NCBI GenBank assembly: GCA_963831745.1
Contig: CAWHRD010000005.1
Coordinates: 20,341-84,340 of the forward strand
Source of the DNA: an uncultured Chloroflexia bacterium
Lineage (GTDB): Bacteria > Chloroflexota > Limnocylindria > Limnocylindrales > CSP1-4
DNA: 64,000 nucleotides
Direction: 5' to 3'
Positions 29,666 to 37,503 of the stretch are shown here, piece after piece. Below the pieces are notes generated by a model. It was not told where the DNA came from. It made no database searches and worked only from the letters and a program-made list of their open reading frames with translations. The position numbers were made by a program, and so were the translations under genes. How positions within the stretch are numbered: the first letter of the stretch is position 1; every line of letters begins with the position of its first letter.

Positions 29666-29825
29666 GGAGCGTCGACCGCGCGAGCGGGCTCGAACGCGCG
29701 AGCGGGCGGGACAGGCGTCGGTCGTGGAGGCCCGGGCCAGGCGTCCCGAGACGAGCCGGCCGGCGGACGGCGCACGCGTCGGCGTCGCCGAAGTGCCGAC
29801 ATCGACAGACCTTCGATCGCGCATC

Positions 29826-30278
29826 ATGGGAGCCTCACAGGAGGCGCCGGTGAACAAGGACTCCAGGGCGTTCGCACGCGACCTTGGCGCGATCATCCTC
29901 GTGGCCGTCGCGTGTCCCGCCGCGCTCTTCGGCAGCACGCTCCTGGGAGGCGCGATCCTCGGCTGTGCCGCCGACGGCCTCACCCCGGAGTGCGCCCTCA
30001 ACGGCATCCTGATCTCGCCCTTCCTCCTCCTCGGCGCCGGGTTCCTCGCCGGGTTCCTGACGAGCGGGTGGCCGGGCCTGGGCTTCGTGGCGTTCGGGGT
30101 CATCGCCGGGCTGGTCGCCATCCCGCTCCTCACAGCGGCCGTCGGCAACCCCGTTCCGGTCGACCCGTTCAGCGGGTTCCTGGCGCTGTTCTTCTTCGGG
30201 CCGCCCGTGCTGCTCGGCTACGGTGCCGCCCGCGGCGTGGTGCGGCTGATCGCACGCAGGCGGGCCGCGGGCGACTGA
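29826..30278 (+). CDS. Hypothetical membrane protein (150 aa, about 4 TM)
   Basis: Track ORF trimmed to the ATG at 29826. Strongly hydrophobic with high GC3. Confidence 0.55.
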   Translation: MGASQEAPVNKDSRAFARDLGAIILVAVACPAALFGSTLLGGAILGCAADGLTPECALNGILISPFLLLGAGFLAGFLTSGWPGLGFVAFGVIAGLVAIPLLTAAVGNPVPVDPFSGFLALFFFGPPVLLGYGAARGVVRLIARRRAAGD

Positions 30279-30474
30279 CGGGGGGCACCTCACCGGCGTC
30301 GCTGCCGAGGCAACGGGCGTTGCCGCCAATCCGACGGGTGTCGCCACACCTCTCTACGACCGTCGGCCAACTTGATGGCCGACGTTGATGAGATCGCCTC
30401 CGGGCATGTCGTAGCCCGCCCGGCTCCGTGCCCCCAGATTCGACGCACGTCAGGCAGACCGAGCCCGGACGCGC

Positions 30475-30801
30475 ATGGGGACTTACGAGGACACGGACAT
30501 GGACAGCGTCGAAGTCCTGGGAGCGATCCTGATCTGGCTGCTCGTGGTCGGGATCTTCATGCTGCGTGCGCCCGGCGGCAGCACGCGCTCGCTGATCGCG
30601 CCGTGGCTCGCCCTGACCCTGCTGAGCATGGCCGTGCTCTTCATCGTCCTGTTCATCGCGACCTACGGCCTGCTCTTCGTCCTCGGGAAGGAAGCCGCGA
30701 CGGTGGGCGTGATCCTGAGCGCGATCGTCCTCGCCGCCACGCCGGTCGTGTGGGCCGTCGTGCTCCACCGGCGGGCGCACAGCGCCGCGACGCAGGGCTG
30801 A
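30475..30801 (+). CDS. Small membrane protein (108 aa, 3 TM)
   Basis: Hydrophobic segments ILIWLLVVGIFML, LALTLLSMAVLFIVLFIATYGLLFVL and VILSAIVLAATPVVWAVVL. Its stop lies 6 nt before the next start. Confidence 0.6.
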   Translation: MGTYEDTDMDSVEVLGAILIWLLVVGIFMLRAPGGSTRSLIAPWLALTLLSMAVLFIVLFIATYGLLFVLGKEAATVGVILSAIVLAATPVVWAVVLHRRAHSAATQG

Positions 30802-30807
30802 GCCCGG

Positions 30808-31527
30808 GTGCCGGCCAGGACGATGGGAGACCGCGGGCCCGGGCAGGGCAACGGCCGAAAGCTCGGCGTCTTCCTCGGCATCACCGCCTTCCCGGCGCTG
30901 GTCACCGGCTACCGCGCCGTCATCGACGCCCAGCCCGACCTGCAGGTCGTCGGCGCCGTCGACGATCCCGCCGCGCTGTGCGACGCGATTGCCCGGTCGA
31001 CGGCCGACGTCGTCATCACGGAGTGCCTCCCCTACGCCCGCAACGGCTGCGTGTCGTTCCAGGCGATCGAGACGATCCGTGCGGCCAAGCCGGCGGTCAA
31101 GATCCTGGCGGTGGAATGCCGCTGCGGCAGCGAGCAGTTCTCGCTCGCCATCAAGGCCGGGGCCGACGGCTTCCTGACCCGCGAGGCCCAGCCCTCGGAC
31201 GTCCTCGACGCCGTCCACCGGGTCGCGCGGGGCGAGACGTATGTGAGCCCCGCGATCGTCACCCGGATGGTCAACACCTACGTCCTCCGCGCGCCCGACA
31301 CCGCGGCCGAGGATGCCTTCGAGGCGCTGAGCGAGCGGTCGCGCGAGATCTTTCGTCTCGCCGCCTTCGGGCACACGAACCGCGAGATCGCGCGCACGCT
31401 CCACCTGTCGGAGCAGACGGTGCACAACCACCGCGCCGCGATCATGGAGAAGCTCGGCTTCCACGACCGGGTCGACCTGCTCAAGTACGCCCTGCGCACC
31501 GGCGTGATCCAGGCGGCAGACCTGTGA
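30808..31527 (+). CDS. LuxR/NarL-type regulator with degenerate, Cys-containing receiver domain (paralogue 1)
   Basis: C-terminal HTH: LSERSREIFRLAAFGHTNREIARTLHLSEQTVHNHRAAIMEKLG. The receiver-like N-domain reads DVVITECLPY where DxxxxD(phospho-Asp)LxMP is expected, AVECRC at the T/S position, and FLTRE where a Lys is expected. Confidence 0.8.
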   Translation: MPARTMGDRGPGQGNGRKLGVFLGITAFPALVTGYRAVIDAQPDLQVVGAVDDPAALCDAIARSTADVVITECLPYARNGCVSFQAIETIRAAKPAVKILAVECRCGSEQFSLAIKAGADGFLTREAQPSDVLDAVHRVARGETYVSPAIVTRMVNTYVLRAPDTAAEDAFEALSERSREIFRLAAFGHTNREIARTLHLSEQTVHNHRAAIMEKLGFHDRVDLLKYALRTGVIQAADL

Positions 31528-32189
31528 CGCGCCTCCGAGCGGCGGCCCGGCGCCTGCGCCCGACGACTGGCCGGGGCGCGGTCGGGCTGGGCATCGCGGG
31601 CGTCGCCCTGGTCGCCGTCCTCGTGGTCGGGATCGCCGGCTTCGCGGCGGCGTTCTCCTGGGCCTACGCCGCGTTCGGGTTCCACCCGACCGAGAGCGCC
31701 CAGTCCTGGGCGGCACTCCCGCCGCAGTACGCCGTGCCGGCGGCCTGCCAGAGCTGCCACGCCCCCGAGTACACGCCCTGGCAGGCGTCGGCCCACGCCG
31801 CGGTCGCCTGCGACACGTGCCACGGGCCGCTCGCGAAGCACGCCGCCACCGCCACCACCGTGTCGGCCGCGGCCGCCGCGGCGACCGAGATCACGACACC
31901 GACGTCCGACCTGTGCGTGCTCTGCCACGCCCAGGTCCCGGGGCGCCCGCTGGGCTTCCCCGCCGTGGACCTGACCCTGCATTACCCGGGTGGGCCGTGC
32001 CTGGGCTGCCACGACAGCCACGCCGCGACGGCCCTCCGGCCGCCCGAGATCTCGCACGCGCTGGACAACCTGCCGGCGTGCATCACCTGCCACAAGCCGG
32101 CCGGCCTCAAGCCGGTCCCCGTGGGCCACGAGGAGGCGGCCGACTCGGTCTGCCGCTCCTGCCACCTGCGGCCAACGGCCAGCCAGTAG
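31524..32189 (+). CDS. Membrane-anchored hexahaem c-type cytochrome
   Basis: The GTG at 31524 overlaps the regulator stop (GTGA). N-terminal TM segment GLGIAGVALVAVLVVGIAGFAAAF. Six CXXCH sites: CQSCH, CDTCH, CVLCH, CLGCH, CITCH, CRSCH. Confidence 0.8.
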   Translation: MTRLRAAARRLRPTTGRGAVGLGIAGVALVAVLVVGIAGFAAAFSWAYAAFGFHPTESAQSWAALPPQYAVPAACQSCHAPEYTPWQASAHAAVACDTCHGPLAKHAATATTVSAAAAAATEITTPTSDLCVLCHAQVPGRPLGFPAVDLTLHYPGGPCLGCHDSHAATALRPPEISHALDNLPACITCHKPAGLKPVPVGHEEAADSVCRSCHLRPTASQ

Positions 32190-32199
32190 GAGCGTCCCG

Positions 32200-33072
32200 A
32201 TGAGCGAGACCGGCACGGCCGGCGCGGAAGACCAGGCGGGCGGCATGACGCTGTCGCGGCGACGCGTGCTGCAGGCCGGGCTGGCCGCCGTCCCCGCCCT
32301 GTGCGGCGCGAGGCTGCTCTCGGCGGCCCTCGGCGCACCCGCGGAGGACGCCCGGGCGGCCGAGCCCGCGCCGATCGAGCCGGTCCCGCCCGTGCCGGAC
32401 TACGACCCGTCGGCCCACGACTGGGCGTTCGTCATCGACACGACCACCTGCATCGGCTGCGGCCGCTGTGTCGAGGCCTGCAAGCTCGAGAACCACGTCC
32501 CCGAGGAACCCGAGATCAACCGGACCTGGGTGGAGCTCCACGTGCTCGCCCAGGACGGGACGGTCACCATCACCTCCCCGGACGGCGGCCGCGAGGGCTT
32601 CCCGGCGGACGGGACCGACGTGCCGGCCGACATCCGCGACGCCTACTTCGTCCCGCGGACGTGCATGCAGTGCGAGAACCCGCCCTGTACCTGGGTCTGC
32701 CCGGTGAGCGCCACCTTCCGGAGCGAGGACGGGGTCGTCTTCGTCGACGAGGGCCGGTGCATCGGCTGCGGGTACTGCATCGTCGCCTGCCCGTACGGCG
32801 CCCGCTACATCGTTCCCGCCGGCGAGACGACGCCCAAGGGCGTCGCCGGCGTCGTCGACAAGTGCACCTTCTGCTACCACCGCATCACGCGCGGCCTGGA
32901 GCCCGCCTGCGCGGAGGTCTGCCCGGTCAACGCGCGGATCTTCGGCGACCTCCGGGACGCCGGCAGCCCGGTGAGCATCGCCCTCCGCGAGAACCGGGTG
33001 CGGCAGATGAAGCCGGGCCTCGGCACCCGGCCGCGGGTCTGGTACACCGGCCTCGAAGGCGAGGTGATCTGA
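32200..33072 (+). CDS. Tat-exported 4x[4Fe-4S] ferredoxin subunit (NrfC/PsrB/DsrO/ActB2-like)
   Basis: Twin-arginine signal LSRRRVLQAG. Cluster motifs CIGCGRCVEAC, CMQCENPPCTWVCP, CIGCGYCIVACP and CTFCYHR...CAEVCP. Confidence 0.85.
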   Translation: MSETGTAGAEDQAGGMTLSRRRVLQAGLAAVPALCGARLLSAALGAPAEDARAAEPAPIEPVPPVPDYDPSAHDWAFVIDTTTCIGCGRCVEACKLENHVPEEPEINRTWVELHVLAQDGTVTITSPDGGREGFPADGTDVPADIRDAYFVPRTCMQCENPPCTWVCPVSATFRSEDGVVFVDEGRCIGCGYCIVACPYGARYIVPAGETTPKGVAGVVDKCTFCYHRITRGLEPACAEVCPVNARIFGDLRDAGSPVSIALRENRVRQMKPGLGTRPRVWYTGLEGEVI

Positions 33073-34599
33073 TGACGGCCCACGTCGCAGAGCGCCGGCT
33101 GACCCTCGACCCGCGAGCAGCCGCGCGGGCCGCCGCCCACGACATCGCGAGCATGCCGCGCGCGCTCAAGGCGTGGCTCGCCTTCCTGCTGGTGCTCTGC
33201 GCGGTCGGTGCCGTCGGCGCGCTCCTCGCCCTTCCCCGGCTGGGAGGTCCTCGGCACCAGTCCCAGCTTCGAGTGGGGCATCCTCATCACGGCCTACGTC
33301 TTCTTCGCGATCACCACGAGCGGCCTGTGCTTGGCGTCGTCGCTGGGCACGGTGTTCGGGATCGAGATGTTCCTGCCGCTCGAGAAGCGTCACGCGGTGC
33401 TGGCGCTGCTGACCCTGATCACCGCCTTCGGGATCATCGCCCTCGACCTGCACTACCCGGTCAGCATGGTCTTCGGCGCGGTGCTCAGCCCGTCGCCGTT
33501 CTCGCCGATGTGGTGGATGGGCGTCTTCTACGGCATCTACCTCGTCTTCCTCATGGTCGAGGTCTGGAGCATCTTCTCCAACCACTGGGGCATCCACCGC
33601 TGGGCGTGCGTGTGCTCGTCCGCGACCGCGGTCATCGCGCCGACCACGCTGGGCGCCGTCTTCGCGGTCCTCGGGGCCCGCCCCTACTGGCACGGCGCCT
33701 TCACGCCGCCGGTCATGGTCACGATGGCCGTCCTCTCCGGGACCGCCCTGCTGGGGATCGTCTTCTACTGCGTCCACCGCTACCGGCTGGCGGGCCACGA
33801 GCGGGCGCTGACGCTGGCGATCCCCGCGATCCGCCTGCTCATGTCGATCGGGCTGGTCGTCGCCGGGCTCGTCATCGTCTGGCAGATCCTGTGGGGGATG
33901 TACGGGGTCATCCCGGGTCTCTGCCGACGCGAACCGGGCGATCTTCGCCGGGCCGCTCGCGCCCTGGTTCTGGCTGGTCCGGGTCGGCCTCGGGCTGGTC
34001 GATCCCGCTGCTCCTCCTCGCTGATCCCGCGGACGCGCACGCCGGCCGGCCTCTTCGTCACCTGCTGCCTCGTCTTCCTGGGCATCTTCGCGGACAGGGC
34101 GATCTTCGTGAGCGCCGGCCAGATCGTCCCCGGGACGGCGGTCGGCGGCGTCGTCTCGAGCCCCTATGCCGAGTACGTGCCGTCGCTCGTCGAGGCCGCC
34201 ATCGTCATGGGCGCGTTCGGCTTCTTCGGGCTCGCCTACACGCTCGCCGAGCGGTACCTGCCGATGGGCGAGCACACGGGGCACCTCGCCGGCGGGTTCC
34301 TGGCCGGAAGCCACCCGGCACCCGCGATGGTCGACGCCGGCGTGGCCTGGGTGGCCGAGGAGGACGAGGAGGTCAGGACGGACGGGGAGCCCGAACGGCC
34401 GGCATGCCGCGGCGCGCACGCGCACGCCGCCGCTCCGGCCCCGGCGCCGAGCCTCGCATCGCCAGCCGTCGATCCGCCGACGCCGCCACGGCCGAGTCGA
34501 CGTCCGCGACCCGGGCTCGATGCGACCGCCGTCCGGCGGACCCGACCGCCGTCGACGGCCATGCCAGGCCGGCCGCCAGATCGACGGAGGGCCCCGCTG
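33072..34599 (+). pseudogene. NrfD/PsrC-type polytopic membrane (quinone-interacting) subunit; frame broken at least 4 times as sequenced; 3' end uncertain
   Basis: The ATG at 33072 overlaps the FeS-subunit stop (TGATG). The membrane-protein-like sequence has to be read in frames 0, 1, 2, 0 and 1 in turn, switching near 33234-33237, 33915-33918, 34001 and 34020 (for example GPLAPWFWLVRVGLGLV, IPLLLL, LIPRTRTPAGLFV). The last TM ends near 34270. The frame then stays open into the next gene. Confidence 0.65.
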
Positions 34600-35370
34600 A
34601 TGGCCCGCCGGATCGGACGCCTCGTCCTCGTCCTCGCGGCCGTCGGGGTCGTGATCGGCATCGGCGTCGGGATCGGGCTCGCCGTCATCAACATCGGGCT
34701 CGAGAAGCAGGAGGCTGCGGTCCCGTCGCCGACCGCCACCCCGCTGGCCACCGCCACGCCGCTGCCGACGCCGGTCGCCTCGAGCGGCCCGGGCAACCTG
34801 ATCGCCGTGATGCCGACGAGCGACTGCGCGGCCTGCCACAAGACGCCGGGCGCCGCCGTCAACGTGCCGCCGATCGGCCACCCGCTCGAGGGCTGGGGCA
34901 GCTGCACCTCATGCCACGCGAACGACCGCCTCGTGAAGACGGCGCCGGGCCACTCGGGGATCCACGCGGAACAGTGCCTGGTTTGCCACACGGCGACGAC
35001 CCCCGCGGCCGAGGACCGCCCGCACTCCCTGGCCGCCAACTCGAAGTGCCTCTCGTGCCACGGCTCGCTCGCCCCGCTGCCGGCCAGCATGAAGGGCCGC
35101 TCGGAGAGCACCTGCTTCCTGTGCCACCAGGGGACGTCGCAGCCTGCCGTCGCCTTCCCGCACCCGCTGCCGGCCGACGGCAAGTGCCTCACCTGTCACG
35201 TCGCGGGGAAGGTGGGGGCGGTGCCGGCAGACCACGCGACGCGCACGGACAAGCAGTGCACCGCGTGCCACCTGCCGTCGCCCGACCAGCCGCGGGTGGC
35301 TCCGCACGACCTCAAGGCGTACGAGGGCATGTGCGCGTTCTGCCACGGGAAGACCGGCCAGACGGACTGA
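34600..35370 (+). CDS. Membrane-anchored octahaem c-type cytochrome
   Basis: ATG at 34600 (MARRIGRLVLVLAAVGVVIGIGVGIGLAV, a TM anchor). Eight CXXCH sites: CAACH, CTSCH, CLVCH, CLSCH, CFLCH, CLTCH, CTACH, CAFCH. In frame with upstream sequence, so a fusion cannot be excluded. Confidence 0.75.
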   Translation: MARRIGRLVLVLAAVGVVIGIGVGIGLAVINIGLEKQEAAVPSPTATPLATATPLPTPVASSGPGNLIAVMPTSDCAACHKTPGAAVNVPPIGHPLEGWGSCTSCHANDRLVKTAPGHSGIHAEQCLVCHTATTPAAEDRPHSLAANSKCLSCHGSLAPLPASMKGRSESTCFLCHQGTSQPAVAFPHPLPADGKCLTCHVAGKVGAVPADHATRTDKQCTACHLPSPDQPRVAPHDLKAYEGMCAFCHGKTGQTD

Positions 35371-35495
35371 CGGATCGACCGCGCCGACCGGCGGCAACCG
35401 CAATCGGCGCCCACCGGGACGCGCCCGGGCGGCAGCACCGCCTGGGTCGACCGACGGCGCCCTGGACTGACGGATCGACCGCGTCGACCGGCGGC
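35364..35495. repeat. 32-nt direct repeat, two copies exactly 100 nt apart
   Basis: GGACTGACGGATCGACCGCG(C/T)CGACCGGCGGC at 35364-35395 and 35464-35495, with 1 mismatch. Copy 1 contains the stop codon of the octahaem gene. Confidence 0.75.
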
Positions 35496-35725
35496 GCCCG
35501 GACCCTCGTCCGGACCGGTTGGCGATCATCTCGGGTCCCCTCGCCCGCGGCGCCCTCGACTCCGTGTCCATCGTTCGCGTGCCCCTCGTCCCGGCCGCAA
35601 GGGGCCACAGGGATCGCCGGAAGCGACGGATGGCCCTACGCCGACCCCCCCGCCGTTGACCGATAGTGATACGCGCGTCGCGAGCGTCCGACGAAGGACG
35701 CCCTGCGCGAGGTGACGAGGTCGGC

Positions 35726-36430
35726 GTGAGCACGAACGGGAACGTACCGGGGGGCGGCAGGCGGCTGGGCGTGCTCCTGGCCATCTTCGACTTCCCGATG
35801 CTCAACGTCGGGCTGCGCGAGGTCATCGACGCCGAGCCGGACATGGAGGTGGTCGGCGAGCTCCACGACCGGGATACGATGCGCGAGGATGTCCTCCGCT
35901 CGCCTGCCGACGCCGTGATCACCGAGTGCCTGCCGTACGACCGGTCCGGCTGCAGCTCGTTCCAGATGATCGAGTCGGTCCGCGCCGCCAAGCCGTCGAT
36001 GAAGATCCTGGCCGTGGAGTGCCGCTGCACGAGCGAGCAGTTCTCGCTGGCGATCAAGGCCGGTGCCGACGGCTTCCTCACCCGCGAGGCCCAGGCCTCC
36101 GACTTCGTGACGGCCCTGCGCTCGATCAGCCGCGGCCAGACCTACGTGAGCCCGTCGATCGTCACCCGGATGGTCAACACCTACGTGCTCAAGACGCCGG
36201 GCGGGGCGCTCGAGGATCCGTACGAGACCCTGAGCGAGCGCGAGCGCGAGGTGATGCTGCTCGCCGCGGTCGGCCACACGAACCGGGAGATCGCCCGCAC
36301 GCTCCATCTCTCGGAGCAGACGGTCCACAACTACCGGGCCAACGTGATGGAGAAGCTCGGCTTCCACGACCGGGTCGAGCTCCTCAAGTACGCCATCCGC
36401 CGCGGCCTCATCGACGTCGCCGACCTGTAG
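35726..36430 (+). CDS. LuxR/NarL-type regulator with degenerate, Cys-containing receiver domain (paralogue 2)
   Basis: GTG at 35726 was chosen by alignment with paralogue 1. Identical blocks include VITECLPY, KILAVECRC, SEQFSLAIKAGADGFLTREAQ, IVTRMVNTYVL and HTNREIARTLHLSEQTVHN. Confidence 0.8.
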   Translation: MSTNGNVPGGGRRLGVLLAIFDFPMLNVGLREVIDAEPDMEVVGELHDRDTMREDVLRSPADAVITECLPYDRSGCSSFQMIESVRAAKPSMKILAVECRCTSEQFSLAIKAGADGFLTREAQASDFVTALRSISRGQTYVSPSIVTRMVNTYVLKTPGGALEDPYETLSEREREVMLLAAVGHTNREIARTLHLSEQTVHNYRANVMEKLGFHDRVELLKYAIRRGLIDVADL

Positions 36431-36591
36431 GGCGCCTCGCGGCGGATCAGCGCGCGACCGCGATCGCGAATTCGGCGGCGGCGGCGGCGGGAACGCCGCG
36501 CCGTAGGGCGCCATGGGCCGACCGGCGCCGCCGAGGGCGACCTCCGGCACTCACGTGTCGTCGCGCCGACGGGTGACCATGCGGGGCGGAG

Positions 36592-37461
36592 GTGCCCTCG
36601 ATGCTCCGCGCGCTCTACCGACTCTTCCTGATCAAGCTGGCGGCCCTCGCGGGCCTGGCCGCAGTCGTCGTCGTGGCCGCCCGGCGGTTCGATCGGTCGG
36701 TCGCCGCCGATCGCCGCCGCCTCCTCGACGCGCCCCGGCCGGCCCACCCACCGCTCGTGACCGCGGAGATGCTGGCTCCCCTGCCCGAGCCCGCCCAGCG
36801 ATACCTGCGGTACGCCGGCGTCGTCGGCCGGCCCATGGTCGACACGGTGCGGATCCGCCAGGCCTGCCGCATGCGGCCCTCACCCGGAGGGATGAGCTTC
36901 CCCCTCACGGCCGAGCAGTGGTACACGGTCGAGCCGCCCGGCTTCATCTGGGACGCGACCGTGGGAGCGGCCGGGATCCCGGTCGTCCGCGGGCGGGACG
37001 GCTACCTCGAGGGGGGCGGCCTGATGACGATCCGGGTCGGGGCGCTCGTCCCGATCGTCAACGCCGCCGGGCCGGAGATGGACCAGGCGTCGCTCCTTCG
37101 CCACCTGTCCGAGATGCCCTGGTTCCCCAGCGCGTTCCTGCGGGAGCGGGTGACCTGGGAGGCGATCGACGACACGAACGTCCGGGTCTCGATCACGGAC
37201 GGGGACCTGCGGGCAACGGGCGTCCTGGAGATCGACGCCGAGGGCCGGCTCGCGACGTTCCGCTCGGAGCGGTATGCGATGGTGGGCAAGGGCTTCGAGC
37301 TCCGGCCGTGGACCGCCCCGACGTACGCCTACGGCGAGTTCGAAGGCCTGCGCCTGCCGATCCGAGGCGCAGCGGTCTGGACGCTCCCCGACGGGAGCGA
37401 GCTGCCGTACATCGAGGTGGAGCTCACCGAGCTCGAGTACGACCCGCCGCTCCCCGCCTGA
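36592..37461 (+). CDS. Hypothetical membrane-anchored protein, DUF6544-like
   Basis: 289 aa. N-terminal TM segment. Blocks RYLRYAGVVG, AEQWYTVEPPGFIWDA, RGRDGYLEGGG and LSEMPWFPSAFL recall DUF6544 (from memory). An alternative ATG is at 36601. Confidence 0.6.
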   Translation: MPSMLRALYRLFLIKLAALAGLAAVVVVAARRFDRSVAADRRRLLDAPRPAHPPLVTAEMLAPLPEPAQRYLRYAGVVGRPMVDTVRIRQACRMRPSPGGMSFPLTAEQWYTVEPPGFIWDATVGAAGIPVVRGRDGYLEGGGLMTIRVGALVPIVNAAGPEMDQASLLRHLSEMPWFPSAFLRERVTWEAIDDTNVRVSITDGDLRATGVLEIDAEGRLATFRSERYAMVGKGFELRPWTAPTYAYGEFEGLRLPIRGAAVWTLPDGSELPYIEVELTELEYDPPLPA

Positions 37462-37503
37462 GGCCTGGCGGGCGCGCGACTCTGCGGTCGTCATCCGGGG
37501 CGT

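Noticed and set aside
34166-34600. A 144-aa ORF in frame 2 that ends in a TGA overlapping the octahaem ATG, considered as a separate gene.
   Set aside because: Its translation is Arg-rich and overlaps the NrfD-type sequence read in frame 1. It is kept only as a hint that the true NrfD stop may lie in this frame if a further indel exists.
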